Positions 1 to 10,199 of a stretch of DNA of 64,000 bases are shown here, piece after piece. The stretch's first letter is position 1; each line of letters begins with the position of its first letter. The position numbers and the translations under genes were made by a program. The stretch spans positions 64,001 to 128,000 of the forward strand of contig CAXXWX010000006.1 in the NCBI GenBank assembly GCA_963675745.2, read 5' to 3'. A model generated the notes under the pieces. The model had not been told where the DNA came from. It ran no database searches and worked only from the letters and a program-made list of their open reading frames with translations. This stretch comes from Phycisphaerae bacterium (GTDB lineage: Bacteria; Planctomycetota; Phycisphaerae; UBA1845; Fen-1342).

Positions 1-2
1 AC

Positions 3-971
3 CGCCTGGCTCACGCCGCCTCGCGCGCGGTGTGCAGCCAGCCCGGCACGCTTTACAACCCGTTGTTCATTCACGGGGCATCCGGGCTGGGAAAGACGCA
101 CCTTTTGCAGGCCATCTGTGCCGAGATGGCCAAGGCGGGTTCGGACGTCAAGTGCGTGTATATGAGTTGCGAGACGTTTGTGAACGAGTTCATCCGGGCC
201 ATCGAGCACGGCCGGCTGCCGGAGTTCCGCGGGGCCGCGCGCACCGGCGATGTGCTGGCGATCGATGACGTCCAGTTCCTGGCCAATCGCGAATCCAGCC
301 AGGAAGAGCTCTTCCACACCTTCAACGTGCTATACCAGAACCGCCACCAGTTGATACTCAGCGCCGATTCACGCCCCAGTGACATCCCCACACTCGAGGA
401 CCGGCTTGTCAGCCGCTTCAATTGGGGCCTTGTCACCCAGATTGACCCGCCAAACCGCGAGACGCGGCACGCGATCCTGCAAAAGAAGGCCCGGCTGCGG
501 GGCTGTGAAGTGTCCGACGAGATCCTCGACTACATCGCCCAGCGCGTCGACGACAATATCCGCGTGTTGGAAGGTGCCCTGACCAGGCTGATCAGTGAAC
601 GCCAGATCGCCGACACGCCGCTGACAATCGCGACAGCCCAGCAGGTGCTGGATGACTTCCAGGGCGTCGAGCCCAAACCACTCCAGGTCAGCCACATCCT
701 GCAGACCATTGCCCAGCACTATGGCATCAAGCTCTCAGAGCTGGTGGGCCGAAAACGGTCCCGCTCGGTGGCGCTTCCCAGGCAGATCGCGATGTACCTC
801 TCGCGCAAGTTGACCCCCTTGAGCCTCGAGGAAATTGGAGGGCACCTCGGCGGGCGTGACCACTCGACCGTCCTCCACGCCGAACGCGTCATCGAGGCAG
901 CCCGGACGAGTGACCCGCGGATGGCTGACACGCTGGCCCGTCTGACGCGTCAATTGCTGGCTCACCACTAA
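3..971 (+). CDS. dnaA: Chromosomal replication initiator DnaA (5' truncated by window edge)
   Basis: YNPLFIHGASGLGKTHL Walker A, IDDVQFL Walker B, QEELFHTFN, RLVSRF, domain IV GGRDHSTVLHA; frame open to window start. Confidence 0.98.
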   Translation, partial: RLAHAASRAVCSQPGTLYNPLFIHGASGLGKTHLLQAICAEMAKAGSDVKCVYMSCETFVNEFIRAIEHGRLPEFRGAARTGDVLAIDDVQFLANRESSQEELFHTFNVLYQNRHQLILSADSRPSDIPTLEDRLVSRFNWGLVTQIDPPNRETRHAILQKKARLRGCEVSDEILDYIAQRVDDNIRVLEGALTRLISERQIADTPLTIATAQQVLDDFQGVEPKPLQVSHILQTIAQHYGIKLSELVGRKRSRSVALPRQIAMYLSRKLTPLSLEEIGGHLGGRDHSTVLHAERVIEAARTSDPRMADTLARLTRQLLAHH

Positions 972-1334
972 CACTCCGGCCGCCCAGCGGTTATCATGTG
1001 CCCGTGGAGCCGGCCGCCACCGGCCTGGTGTCGGCGAATTGGTCACCTCGCTGTCGGGCGCGTCGATTCTGTCAAGTGACCGGCGACGCATGTGACACCC
1101 CGGCGCCTGGGTGGAAACCATGCGACCAGCGTGGTTTACGCGGCACGGCGCAAGCCTGTCACAGGATTGACAGGCCTTATTATGAAGACGATGAAATAAG
1201 TTATTTAGTCTTCATCTTCATAAGCAGATGGCAGCGGTTGTTGTGTAGTGGGATAAAGACGTGTGATTTCCAGGTACGCGTGCGGCGCGCCCGGCGGGAC
1301 CGGGGGCGTGACGCCAGGGTGAGAACAGAATCCA
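972..1334. promoter_or_regulatory. Putative oriC (dnaA-dnaN intergenic) with AT-rich unwinding element at ~1177-1223
   Basis: Position between dnaA and dnaN; AT-rich tract in a GC-rich genome; ACAGGCC followed by NAN trinucleotides; only degenerate DnaA boxes. Confidence 0.7.
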
Positions 1335-2459
1335 ATGAAGACAAGATTGCCGCGCCAGGAGTTCCAGGAGGCACTCGCCGCGATTACGACGGTCACGCCT
1401 ACTCGCACGACCAAGCCTATTCTGAGTTGCGTGATGCTGGCGACGAGCGGGGAACGTGTCGAACTCAGTGGCACGGACGGTGAGGCCGCCCTGCATGTCA
1501 GCATGGTCAGCATCGCCATCGAGGAGACCGGGCAGGTAGTGGTGCCGGCGGATCGCCTGTTGGGCATCATCAAGGAGCTGGACGACGTCGAGATCGCCCT
1601 GGAGGCCGATGATCGAACGTGTGTGATTCGCGGCGAGGGCAGCGAGTTCAAAATCTTCGTGATGAATCCCGCGGATTTCCCGCCGATACCGGCGTTTGAG
1701 GGCGAGCCGGACCTGGCTGTCAGCGGTCATGAACTGCGGCGTATGATCAGCCTCACGATGTACGCCGCCGCGCGCGAGACCAGTCGCTACGCGATAAACG
1801 GGGTGCTGTGGGACAAGCACGGGAAGAAGATGTTCCTGGTGGCCACCGATGGGCGCCGATTGGCGCGTGCCGGCGGTAGCCTGGCGGACGCGCGCGGGGG
1901 AGATTTTCAGCTCATCATGCCGACCAAGGCGCTGAGCGCGTTCGAGCGGGTCTTCCCCCCGCCGCGCGACGGCGACAACTGGACAGTCGAGGTGCGCGTG
2001 CTGCCGACGCAGGTCATTCTGCGCAGCGAGGACCGCGTACTGGCGACGGCGCTGGTCGAAGGCAATTTCCCAAACTATGAGGACGTGATCCCGAAGGACA
2101 ACGACAAGCGCGCCGAACTTGACGCGGGCGATTTTCACGCGGCGATCAAGCGGGCGGCCCTGCTGACCACGGAAGATTCGCGAGCCGTGCGGTTGGCCTT
2201 CAGCAAAGATCGCCTGGTGATTAACGCGAATTCGCCGGAAGAAGGGGAAGCACGTCTGGAGCTTGGCATCAAGTATGACTGCGATCCAGTCGAGATCGGC
2301 TTCAACCCGACGTTCATAGGCGACGCTCTGCGCGTCGTGCCATATGAGCGGGTTTTCATCGAGCTGCAAGAGAGCTTTCGACCGGGCATCATTTGCGGCG
2401 AAGATAAGAACCAGTTCCTGTGCGTCATCATGCCCGTCTCGCTTTCGCCCGGGCGCTAG
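1335..2459 (+). CDS. dnaN: DNA polymerase III beta sliding clamp
   Basis: TKPILSCV, GTDGE, ATDGRRLA, EGNFPNYEDVIP, IGFNP, VIMPV motifs; synteny. Confidence 0.97.
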   Translation: MKTRLPRQEFQEALAAITTVTPTRTTKPILSCVMLATSGERVELSGTDGEAALHVSMVSIAIEETGQVVVPADRLLGIIKELDDVEIALEADDRTCVIRGEGSEFKIFVMNPADFPPIPAFEGEPDLAVSGHELRRMISLTMYAAARETSRYAINGVLWDKHGKKMFLVATDGRRLARAGGSLADARGGDFQLIMPTKALSAFERVFPPPRDGDNWTVEVRVLPTQVILRSEDRVLATALVEGNFPNYEDVIPKDNDKRAELDAGDFHAAIKRAALLTTEDSRAVRLAFSKDRLVINANSPEEGEARLELGIKYDCDPVEIGFNPTFIGDALRVVPYERVFIELQESFRPGIICGEDKNQFLCVIMPVSLSPGR

Positions 2460-2467
2460 GGTGACGT

Positions 2468-2830
2468 GTGATGACGGAACGTCAGTTACGCCAGACCTTG
2501 TCAAACCGGACGCGAACTGGTCCGGGGGCGCTATTCAGCGAGCAATGTGTAGCCGAGGTGCTCACAGGCGCGTCACGCGTGCTCCATACGCTTGAGGACG
2601 CCGGCGCGGCGTGGGCGCGGATCGCGGAACCGGCCTGGCTGGCGCGTACCGAAGTAACAGCCTTCCGTGACCACACGCTGTCGATATCTGTTAACGGCAG
2701 CACGCTGCGCTACGACCTGGCACGGCGCGGCGCGGCGCTACAGCGACGGCTGGCCCGCTATGTTCACGGTATCGCGCGCGTGCAGTTTATACCGGCGGCC
2801 ATGCCCGAGGAGGGGACGACGGCGCAGTAG
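2468..2830 (+). CDS. dciA: DciA/DUF721 family protein
   Basis: 120 aa between dnaN and gyrB; AWARI...T..TL.ISV..STLRYDL pattern. Confidence 0.7.
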   Translation: MMTERQLRQTLSNRTRTGPGALFSEQCVAEVLTGASRVLHTLEDAGAAWARIAEPAWLARTEVTAFRDHTLSISVNGSTLRYDLARRGAALQRRLARYVHGIARVQFIPAAMPEEGTTAQ

Positions 2831-2851
2831 CCCCCGCCGAGGAGTTGGAAG

Positions 2852-5293
2852 TTGCCCATCGATACACCTGCCTCTGAATACGACGAGAACAGCATCGTAG
2901 TGCTCGAAGGTGTCGAGCATGTGCGCAAGCGGCCGGCGATGTATATCGGTGACACGGGGCTGCGCGGCCTGCACCACCTGGTGTACGAGGTGGTGGACAA
3001 CTCCGTGGACGAGGCGATGGCCGGCGTCTGCGACCGCATCGCCGTCATCATCGGTTCTGACGGCAGTATCAGCATTGAGGACAACGGGCGCGGCATCCCG
3101 GTCAAGACCAAGGAGGAGCAGGGTCTCTCGGCGCTGGAGATCTGCCTGACCCAGCTCAACGCCGGCGGCAAATTCGAGCACGGGTCGTACAAGGTCTCGG
3201 GTGGTTTGCACGGCGTGGGTGTGAGCGTTGTCAACGCCCTCTCGCGCTGGCTCAAGGCGCGCGTGTGGCGGCACGGCAAGATATGGGAAATGGAGTTCGA
3301 GCGCGGCCGCACCGTCGGTGAGTTGCGCGAGGTCGGCGACACCAATCGCACCGGCACGTATATCCACTTCATGCCGGATGACCAGATATTCGCCCAGACT
3401 GATTTTCACTACGACATTCTCGCCAAGCGTCTGCGCGAGCTGGCCTACCTGAACGCGGGGGTGAAGATCCCCTTCACGGATGAGCGCAGCGATCAGGAGG
3501 AGGTCTTTTACGCCGAGCACGGGCTGCGCGAATTCGTCGAGCACCTGAACGCGGGCAAGACGGTATTGCACGAACCGGTGGTCTTCCAGAACACGGACGA
3601 GGCCGGCGGGCTCGTGTGTGATGTGGCCTTTCAATACACCGACGGCTACAGCGAAACGACGATGTCGTTCGCCAACAACATCAACACCGTCGAAGGCGGC
3701 ACGCACCTGTCCGGTTTTCGCAGTGCCCTGACCCGCGCACTGAACAACCACGCGCGCAAGCGCAACCTGTTCAAAGCCAACGACCCGGTTCCCAGTGGCG
3801 ACGATATCCGCGAGGGGTTGATCGCCGTTGTCTCCGTCAAGGTATCGGAGCCGCAGTTCGAGGGGCAGACCAAGACCAAGCTCGGCAACAGCGATGTGGG
3901 CACGTTTGTCGAATCCAGTGTCAACGATCGTCTGAGCAGCTATCTGGAGGAACACCCGGCCGAGGCCAAGCGCGTGATCGGGAAGGCCGTGCAGGCCGCG
4001 GTCGCTCGCGAAGCCGCGCGCAAGGCCCGCGAGACTGCGCGCAAGACGGCGCTGAGTGGGGGAGGGATGTCGCGCAAGCTCGTCGACTGCTCGAGCCGCG
4101 ATGTCGAGTCGACCGAGATTTTCATTGTCGAGGGTGACTCGGCGGCCGGATCGGCCAAGGGTCACCGCGATGCGCGTACACAGGCGATCCTGCCGATCCG
4201 CGGCAAGATCCTCAATGTCGAAAAGGCCCGCCTGCACAAGATCCTCGGACACAACGAAATCGTCGAGATCATCAAAGCCATCGGCACCGGGCTGGGCAAG
4301 GAAGAGTTCGACATCAGCAAGCTGCGTTACGGCAAGATCATTCTCATGACCGACGCCGACGTTGACGGCTCGCACATCCGCACTTTGCTGCTGACGTTTC
4401 TGTTCCGGCATATGCGGCCGTTGATCGAGGCCGGGCGGATATTCATCGCCCAGCCCCCCCTGTTTCAACTGATCAAAGGCAAGCGCTCAGAGTATCTCGT
4501 CGATGACGCCGCACTGAACGCCCGGCTGACTGAACTGGGTATCGAGGATACGGAGCTGTTAATTCAGCGGTCCGGCGAGGCGCCGCACGTGGTGGATGCC
4601 GCTCAGTTGCGTGGTCTCCTGCCGCTGCTGGAGCATATTGAAGCTCAGGCCCGCACGCTGGGACGCCGTGGGATCCTCTTCGAGCCGTTCATGAAGACGT
4701 ACTATCGCGCGGGGCGGCTGCCGATCCTGCGTGCCCTGCTCCCCGAGAGCGAGCACTATTTCTACGCGTTGGAGGAGTACGACGAGTTCAAGGAGCGCCA
4801 CACGTCGGAGGGCACATCGTTCGTGAAGAACGAGTTGCCCGAGACACGCGCGCTGGAGGAGAGTTTTCAGCGGCTGGGTGACTACTCCTGCACGGTCGAT
4901 GACCTGTTCCTGCGGCGCGAGGAACAGATCACCGGCGAGCTGACGCCGGCCATTTTCGTTGTGCGCAATCAGCAGCGGGAGCCGCGCGAGCTGGACAATC
5001 TGCGCGGGCTCCCCGCCGGTATCCGCGCGATCGGCATGCACGGCTGGGAGCTGCGCCGCTTCAAGGGTCTCGGTGAGATGAACAAGGAGCAGTTGTGGGC
5101 AACCACGATGGACCCCGAGAACCGCGTATTGCTGAAGGTGATCGTCGGCGAAACCGATGACGACCCGGAACAGGCCGATATCGACGCCGTCGAGGCCGAT
5201 CGTATCTTCAGCATTCTGATGGGCGAGAACGTGGAAGCCCGGCGGGAATTCATCGAGACCAACGCGATACACGTGAAGAATCTTGACATTTGA
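2852..5293 (+). CDS. gyrB: DNA gyrase subunit B
   Basis: VRKRPAMYIG, EVVDNSVDE, SGGLHGVG, IVEGDSAAGS, MTDADVDG, RFKGLGEMN; long TOPRIM insertion; TTG start. Confidence 0.98.
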   Translation: MPIDTPASEYDENSIVVLEGVEHVRKRPAMYIGDTGLRGLHHLVYEVVDNSVDEAMAGVCDRIAVIIGSDGSISIEDNGRGIPVKTKEEQGLSALEICLTQLNAGGKFEHGSYKVSGGLHGVGVSVVNALSRWLKARVWRHGKIWEMEFERGRTVGELREVGDTNRTGTYIHFMPDDQIFAQTDFHYDILAKRLRELAYLNAGVKIPFTDERSDQEEVFYAEHGLREFVEHLNAGKTVLHEPVVFQNTDEAGGLVCDVAFQYTDGYSETTMSFANNINTVEGGTHLSGFRSALTRALNNHARKRNLFKANDPVPSGDDIREGLIAVVSVKVSEPQFEGQTKTKLGNSDVGTFVESSVNDRLSSYLEEHPAEAKRVIGKAVQAAVAREAARKARETARKTALSGGGMSRKLVDCSSRDVESTEIFIVEGDSAAGSAKGHRDARTQAILPIRGKILNVEKARLHKILGHNEIVEIIKAIGTGLGKEEFDISKLRYGKIILMTDADVDGSHIRTLLLTFLFRHMRPLIEAGRIFIAQPPLFQLIKGKRSEYLVDDAALNARLTELGIEDTELLIQRSGEAPHVVDAAQLRGLLPLLEHIEAQARTLGRRGILFEPFMKTYYRAGRLPILRALLPESEHYFYALEEYDEFKERHTSEGTSFVKNELPETRALEESFQRLGDYSCTVDDLFLRREEQITGELTPAIFVVRNQQREPRELDNLRGLPAGIRAIGMHGWELRRFKGLGEMNKEQLWATTMDPENRVLLKVIVGETDDDPEQADIDAVEADRIFSILMGENVEARREFIETNAIHVKNLDI

Positions 5294-5319
5294 GGCGCCA
5301 GCGCTGGCGGAGCACAGGA

Positions 5320-5493
5320 ATGAACAAGACCATTCAGCTAATGATACTGGCTATCATCATCCTTCTCATCGCGGTTGGAGTCATCGTCGCCTTGACTTAC
5401 GAGCCCGACCGGTCGATCCCGCAGACAACCGAGTTGCAGTCGGCTGAGCCCTCCAGGCCGTCGCGCGCGATACCCGACGACGATGGCGAGTAG
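5320..5493 (+). CDS. Small single-TM hypothetical protein
   Basis: ATG after GGAG; hydrophobic LMILAIIILLIAVGVIVAL. Confidence 0.5.
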   Translation: MNKTIQLMILAIIILLIAVGVIVALTYEPDRSIPQTTELQSAEPSRPSRAIPDDDGE

Positions 5494-5558
5494 GCATGTT
5501 CGGCGCCGGCGCGCGGATTGAACGTCGGCGGCGCGTAAGTTAACATAGCTGGTCTGGC

Positions 5559-5642
5559 GCCGAAGTGGCGGAACTGGCAGACGCGCGGGATTCAAAATCC
5601 CGTCCTGGCAACAGGGTGAGGGTTCGAGTCCCTCCTTCGGCA
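5559..5642 (+). tRNA. tRNA-Leu(CAA)
   Basis: GCCGAAG/CTTCGGC acceptor stem, GGGAT-TCAAA-ATCCC anticodon arm, long variable arm, GTTCGAGTC T-loop; CCA not encoded. Confidence 0.96.
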
Positions 5643-5782
5643 ATCATCAGGTCGTATCGCGCCGGGCCAAATGGGGCTCCTGGCACGGCCCCGCACTGAA
5701 GCGGAGTTGGTGGGTTTGCCACGTAACACCCAGCCTGCCCAGCGTGTTGGCGACTGATCTGCTGTGCGACGGAGAGTCTCCC

Positions 5783-7903
5783 TTGGCCCGCCCGGAAAAG
5801 AAACGCTCACGGGGCACGCGGCCGACCGCCGCGCCCGAGCGCGAGGCACTCGAAAAGCCGCCGTCAGCCGTCCCCCTTCCGGGGTATCTCAAGTATCTGC
5901 AAGTCGGCGTCATCCTGCTGTTTGTGGTGGCGTGTGCGCACGGGGTGCTGGAGGTGCACTCCTCGACCGACACCTGGATCGGTCTGGCCGCCGGCCGCGC
6001 CATCTTCTCCGAGCCGGAGTTTCCCGTTGCCGACACTTTCAGCTACACGTTCAACGGCGACACCTGGTTCAATCAGAACTGGCTGAGCCACGTCTACTTC
6101 TGGATTCTCTACGACTACATCGGCCCCGATTGGGTCGTTTACGGCACGTGGTTTCTTGGCGCGATCACGTTCGTCAGCGTTTTGCTGGCAACCAGGCTGC
6201 GCTGCGGTTCGTGGTTTGCCGCCACGCTGGCAGCGGCGGTGGTTGCTTTTGCCACGCGCGACTGGCTCAGCGCCCGACCCGCGACCACGCAGTTCGCTTG
6301 TATTTCCGTACTGTGGCTGGCGCTGATGGCGCTGTGGTCACAAGGAGAGCGCCGACGCTGGTGGCCGCTGCTCATCATCCTGCTGGATTTCCTGGCATGG
6401 ACGCACGCGCACGGCAGCTTCATCTTCGGCTATATGCTGATCGTTATGTTCCTGGGTTGTGCGCTGCTGCCCTGGATCGCCAGGGGCATCTGGGGCCGGC
6501 AACTCGACATCCAACCCGGCACCGCACTCTGGCAATTGGGCGTTGTGGTGGCGCTGGCGCTGGTTACCGCCGTGCTGGGGATCGTGCTCAGCCCCTACGG
6601 CGTCGATAATTTCACGCACCCGTTGCTGGTGACCGAGAGCAAGGTATTCAGGCAGGTCTCCGAGTGGCGGCCGCCCTATCTCAGCGCGAATTTCCCACAT
6701 GTCGGGCGCTTCTGGACCGCGTTTGGTATTGCGGTGGCGGCGCCGGTCATCGCCTTGATCCTGCTCGCGGTGGACCGAGCGACGCTCGCCGGCGCTGGAG
6801 CGCAGAACAAGCGGCGCAGCGTGCGGCCATGGTACCTGGGGGCTGAACTAACCCTATTCGATATCGCCGCGGTCGCCGGCGGGTTGTACATGGTGATGTT
6901 TGCGCGCCGCTTCGCACCGATTTTCTACATCCTCTCCACGCCGGCGCTGGTCGCCTGGATCATGTTGATCGTGCGACGGATGTCCGCGCAGATGCGCTTA
7001 ATGGCACGCGCGGGGCTGGTTTTTGCGGCATGTATCGCGGCGGTGGCACTCGGAAAATGGACATTCCAGTTGGCCCGCCACGAGCTTTACACGATCAACC
7101 CACCCGATCGCCACTACAACCTGCTCGAGCGTGTCACGCGTTTCGATCACACGCCCCAGGAAGCGCTGGAGTTCATCAGCCATAACAAGCTGTCTGTAAA
7201 CGTGATGGCGGAGTGGACGCAGGCCGGGTTGATCATGTTCTTCGCGCCGACGGCGAAGGTGTTTATCGACGGGCGCTCACAGCAGGTTTATGACGAGAAG
7301 CACTATCTGCTCTACACGGCGCTGTTGAACTTCCCGCCTGAACACGAGTCCAAAGTCGTTGAATTGCTGGCTTCGAAGGGCACGGAGATGGTCTTGCTGC
7401 GCCGCACGCCGGCAACGATGCGCCTGATGAACGCGGTGGCGCACGCCAAGGACTGGCACATCATATACCGCTCGCAATACGCCTTCATGTTCGTGCAGCG
7501 GGACGGGCGGTTTGAGCAGACGCTGGCGATGCGCGAGCGCGCCGGTGACTTGTGGTGGCCCGACACGCCGGAAGGCCTGGCGGCGCGGGGGCGTCTGCTG
7601 GTTACCACGGAGCCGGCTGAAACGGTCCGCGGGGCCGCGCTCGGGATGGCGGCCATCGAGCGCAAACCGGAAGTCGGGCTGGCCGGCTATGCCTGGATTT
7701 GCGGGGCGATGCTGCGTGACGCCCGCGCCGACGAGGCACTGGAGTACCTGCGCACCGAACGTGCCAGGCTGGCAACGCGACCGCCGGATATGCGCCAGGA
7801 TGTACACGCGGCGTTGCTCAAGGAAATCGCGCGCTGCGAGCAATACGTCGGCAATTGGAAAGCGGCTCAGCGCAGAGGTACCGCTCCGGCCAGACAGCCC
7901 TGA
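5783..7903 (+). CDS. Multi-pass membrane protein, possible GT-C-like glycosyltransferase
   Basis: Many TM helices; DTWIGLAAGR...DTFSYT...WFNQNWLS loop, WTHAHGSF, VFIDGRSQQVY; start TTG 5783 after GGAG (ORF open from 5744). Confidence 0.55.
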   Translation: MARPEKKRSRGTRPTAAPEREALEKPPSAVPLPGYLKYLQVGVILLFVVACAHGVLEVHSSTDTWIGLAAGRAIFSEPEFPVADTFSYTFNGDTWFNQNWLSHVYFWILYDYIGPDWVVYGTWFLGAITFVSVLLATRLRCGSWFAATLAAAVVAFATRDWLSARPATTQFACISVLWLALMALWSQGERRRWWPLLIILLDFLAWTHAHGSFIFGYMLIVMFLGCALLPWIARGIWGRQLDIQPGTALWQLGVVVALALVTAVLGIVLSPYGVDNFTHPLLVTESKVFRQVSEWRPPYLSANFPHVGRFWTAFGIAVAAPVIALILLAVDRATLAGAGAQNKRRSVRPWYLGAELTLFDIAAVAGGLYMVMFARRFAPIFYILSTPALVAWIMLIVRRMSAQMRLMARAGLVFAACIAAVALGKWTFQLARHELYTINPPDRHYNLLERVTRFDHTPQEALEFISHNKLSVNVMAEWTQAGLIMFFAPTAKVFIDGRSQQVYDEKHYLLYTALLNFPPEHESKVVELLASKGTEMVLLRRTPATMRLMNAVAHAKDWHIIYRSQYAFMFVQRDGRFEQTLAMRERAGDLWWPDTPEGLAARGRLLVTTEPAETVRGAALGMAAIERKPEVGLAGYAWICGAMLRDARADEALEYLRTERARLATRPPDMRQDVHAALLKEIARCEQYVGNWKAAQRRGTAPARQP

Positions 7904-7957
7904 TCGCGGACCAGCGCCCGGCATTCCGAACCCACTGCACTCCATATACGGTGAATC

Positions 7958-8995
7958 ATGGATAGAACCGTCGACCTTAGAAGCGACACCGTCACCAAGC
8001 CGTCCGCGGAAATGCGCGCGGCGATCGCGGCGGCCGAAGTCGGTGATGACGTGCTCGGTGATGACCCGACCGTCAACCGTTTGCAGCAGCGCTGTGCGGA
8101 ATTGCTGGGCAAGGAAGCGGCCGTATTCGTTCCATCCGGCACGATGGCCAATGCGCTGGCGATTCGCAGTGCCACCGAGCCCGGCGACGAGTTGATCATC
8201 GATGAAACCACCCACAGCTACAACTATGAGACCGGTGCGCCGGCGGCGCTGGCCGGTTGCAGCTTCCGCCTGTTCCACGCGCCGCGCGGCATCTTCGATG
8301 CGGGCGACGTTGAGGCTGCATACCGGCCGCCATCCGACCATTTCGCGCGTTCGCGCATGGTGATCGCGGAGAACACCAACAATCGCGGCGGCGGCAGCAT
8401 CTGGCCGGTCGAACGTATGGCGCGGATTCGCGAGGTTGCGACGCGCCTCGGGCTGCATGTCCACATGGACGGCGCGCGTCTGATGAACGCTTGTGTCGCC
8501 AAGGGCTGTGCGCCGACTGATTACACGCGTCATGTTGACAGCGTGTCGATGTGTTTCTCGAAGGGCCTCGGCGCGCCGGTCGGGTCGATTCTCGCAGGCC
8601 CCGAGCACTTCATCGAACGGGCTCACCGTTTTCGCAAAATGTTTGGCGGTGCGATGCGCCAGGCGGGGCTGCTGGCGGCGGCGGCCCTCTATGCGCTCGA
8701 CCACAATGTGCAGCGCCTGGCGGAGGATCACGCCAACGCCAGGCGCCTCGCCGACGCCATCGCCGCCCTGCCGGGCATCAGCCTCGACCCGCAAACCGTC
8801 GAGACCAACATCGTGATTTTCGGCGTCGCGCCGGAGTTGGGCGGCGGCCCCGCATTCGCCCGGAAACTGCACGACAGCGGCATCCGCGTCCTGACCGAGC
8901 TGACAGGAAATATCCGCGCCGTCACACATCTTGACGTGGACCGCGCGCAGATCGATCGGACAATCGGAGTCTTCGAGAAACTCTGCCGGCCGTAA
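7958..8995 (+). CDS. ltaE: Low-specificity L-threonine aldolase
   Basis: DLRSDTVT, GDDVLGDDPTV, SGTMAN, HMDGARL, CFSKGLGAPVGS (PLP Lys). Confidence 0.95.
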   Translation: MDRTVDLRSDTVTKPSAEMRAAIAAAEVGDDVLGDDPTVNRLQQRCAELLGKEAAVFVPSGTMANALAIRSATEPGDELIIDETTHSYNYETGAPAALAGCSFRLFHAPRGIFDAGDVEAAYRPPSDHFARSRMVIAENTNNRGGGSIWPVERMARIREVATRLGLHVHMDGARLMNACVAKGCAPTDYTRHVDSVSMCFSKGLGAPVGSILAGPEHFIERAHRFRKMFGGAMRQAGLLAAAALYALDHNVQRLAEDHANARRLADAIAALPGISLDPQTVETNIVIFGVAPELGGGPAFARKLHDSGIRVLTELTGNIRAVTHLDVDRAQIDRTIGVFEKLCRP

Positions 8996-9016
8996 TCACC
9001 GACGGCTGTATGCACG

Positions 9017-9658
9017 GTGACCGCGATGGATGTCGATCTCCAGCAACTGCCCATCCCGGACTGGGGACTGCAATGTCCCCAATGTGAATACCCGCTCTAT
9101 GGACTACCGACGCACCGCTGTCCGGAGTGCGGCACGATCATCGACGTGGCGTCCCTGATCCGCACCTGGACGCGCCTGCGGGACCCGCTGTTCACGGGAC
9201 ACGAGCTGCCGATTCCCGAATACGGCATGTTGTGCTCGGCCTGCGGCTGCACACTGGATAATTCGCCGACGCTGGCGTGCCGGGGCTGTGGGCGCGATGT
9301 GTCGGACCAGCTCACGCCGCCCAAAACGCCGTGGTTTCGCGTCCACAGTAGTATTTGTCGGCGCTTCACAATCCCGCAGGTGGGAATGCTGCTGGAAGCT
9401 GAGCTGATTCCCTTTCTGCTCAGCGACGAGCGCTCGGTAATCGAGATTCACGCGGGCGGTGCGGCGATTGGCGGGCGGCTGAGTGTGCCGAGCGAGTTCT
9501 ATTTCGACCTGCTCTGGCTGCTGGAGCGCGAACGGCGCAAGAACGAAGCGGCCCCGGCGCGCGGCGCGCACGCCGCCTGGGACTGCCAGGCCTGTGGCGA
9601 GCACAACCCGGCGAATTTCGACATCTGCTGGAACTGCGGCACGGCGTGCGAAACCTAA
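9017..9658 (+). CDS. Multi-zinc-ribbon protein with C-terminal RanBP2-type finger
   Basis: Two LPIP-x-CxxC-x-CxxC repeats and WDCQACGEHNPANFDICWNC. Confidence 0.7.
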   Translation: MTAMDVDLQQLPIPDWGLQCPQCEYPLYGLPTHRCPECGTIIDVASLIRTWTRLRDPLFTGHELPIPEYGMLCSACGCTLDNSPTLACRGCGRDVSDQLTPPKTPWFRVHSSICRRFTIPQVGMLLEAELIPFLLSDERSVIEIHAGGAAIGGRLSVPSEFYFDLLWLLERERRKNEAAPARGAHAAWDCQACGEHNPANFDICWNCGTACET

Positions 9659-10074
9659 TCCCCCATGACCTGCACCACGACTTTGCGCTGGCGCCCGCGC
9701 GTGTCAAAGTCGATGAGGATGATCTGCTGCCAGGTTCCGAGCGTCAGGCGCCCATCAACGATCGGCACGGTGAGTGACGGACCCAACGCCGATGCGCGCA
9801 CGTGGGCGTGGCCGTTGTCGTCGTGCCAGGTTTCTTCGTGCTTGTAGTAAATATCCGCGGGGGCGATCCGCTCGTAGAACGCCTCCAGGTCGTGGGTGAG
9901 CAATCCCGGTTCGGATTCGGTTGTTGTAATGGCGGCGGTCGACCCGATCACGAACACGGTCGCCGCACCCGCCCTGATCCCCGACTGTCCGACGATCCGG
10001 GTAACTTGCTCGTTGATATCGATCACGTGCGCATTGCCGCGCGTTTTGACATCGATTTGCCCGGTGTGAACCAT
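9655..10074 (-). CDS. yjbQ: YjbQ family protein (secondary thiamine-phosphate synthase)
   Basis: GSTAAITTTE.EP, YKHE..WHDDNGHAH, LGTWQQI..IDFD. Confidence 0.9.
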   Translation of the reverse strand: MVHTGQIDVKTRGNAHVIDINEQVTRIVGQSGIRAGAATVFVIGSTAAITTTESEPGLLTHDLEAFYERIAPADIYYKHEETWHDDNGHAHVRASALGPSLTVPIVDGRLTLGTWQQIILIDFDTRGRQRKVVVQVMGD

Positions 10075-10199
10075 CTGTTTTCCTCGATTTGGTTGGCGCC
10101 TCGTGGTTCGAGCGCTGGTTGGGTACAATAATACGGGCAATCTGTGATTCCAGACAAAGCGGATGCGGGGCCAGGGCGTCTTTTGAGATCGGGGTCATC

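Noticed and set aside
2738..4468. Long antisense ORFs (also 1218-2504, 7277-8929, 28696-30060, 30885-32315)
   Set aside because: Shadows of well-supported genes on the opposite strand, expected from high-GC codon bias; no motifs of their own
5559..5642. tRNA-Leu as an island integration site
   Set aside because: No integrase and no duplicated tRNA 3' end seen in the window
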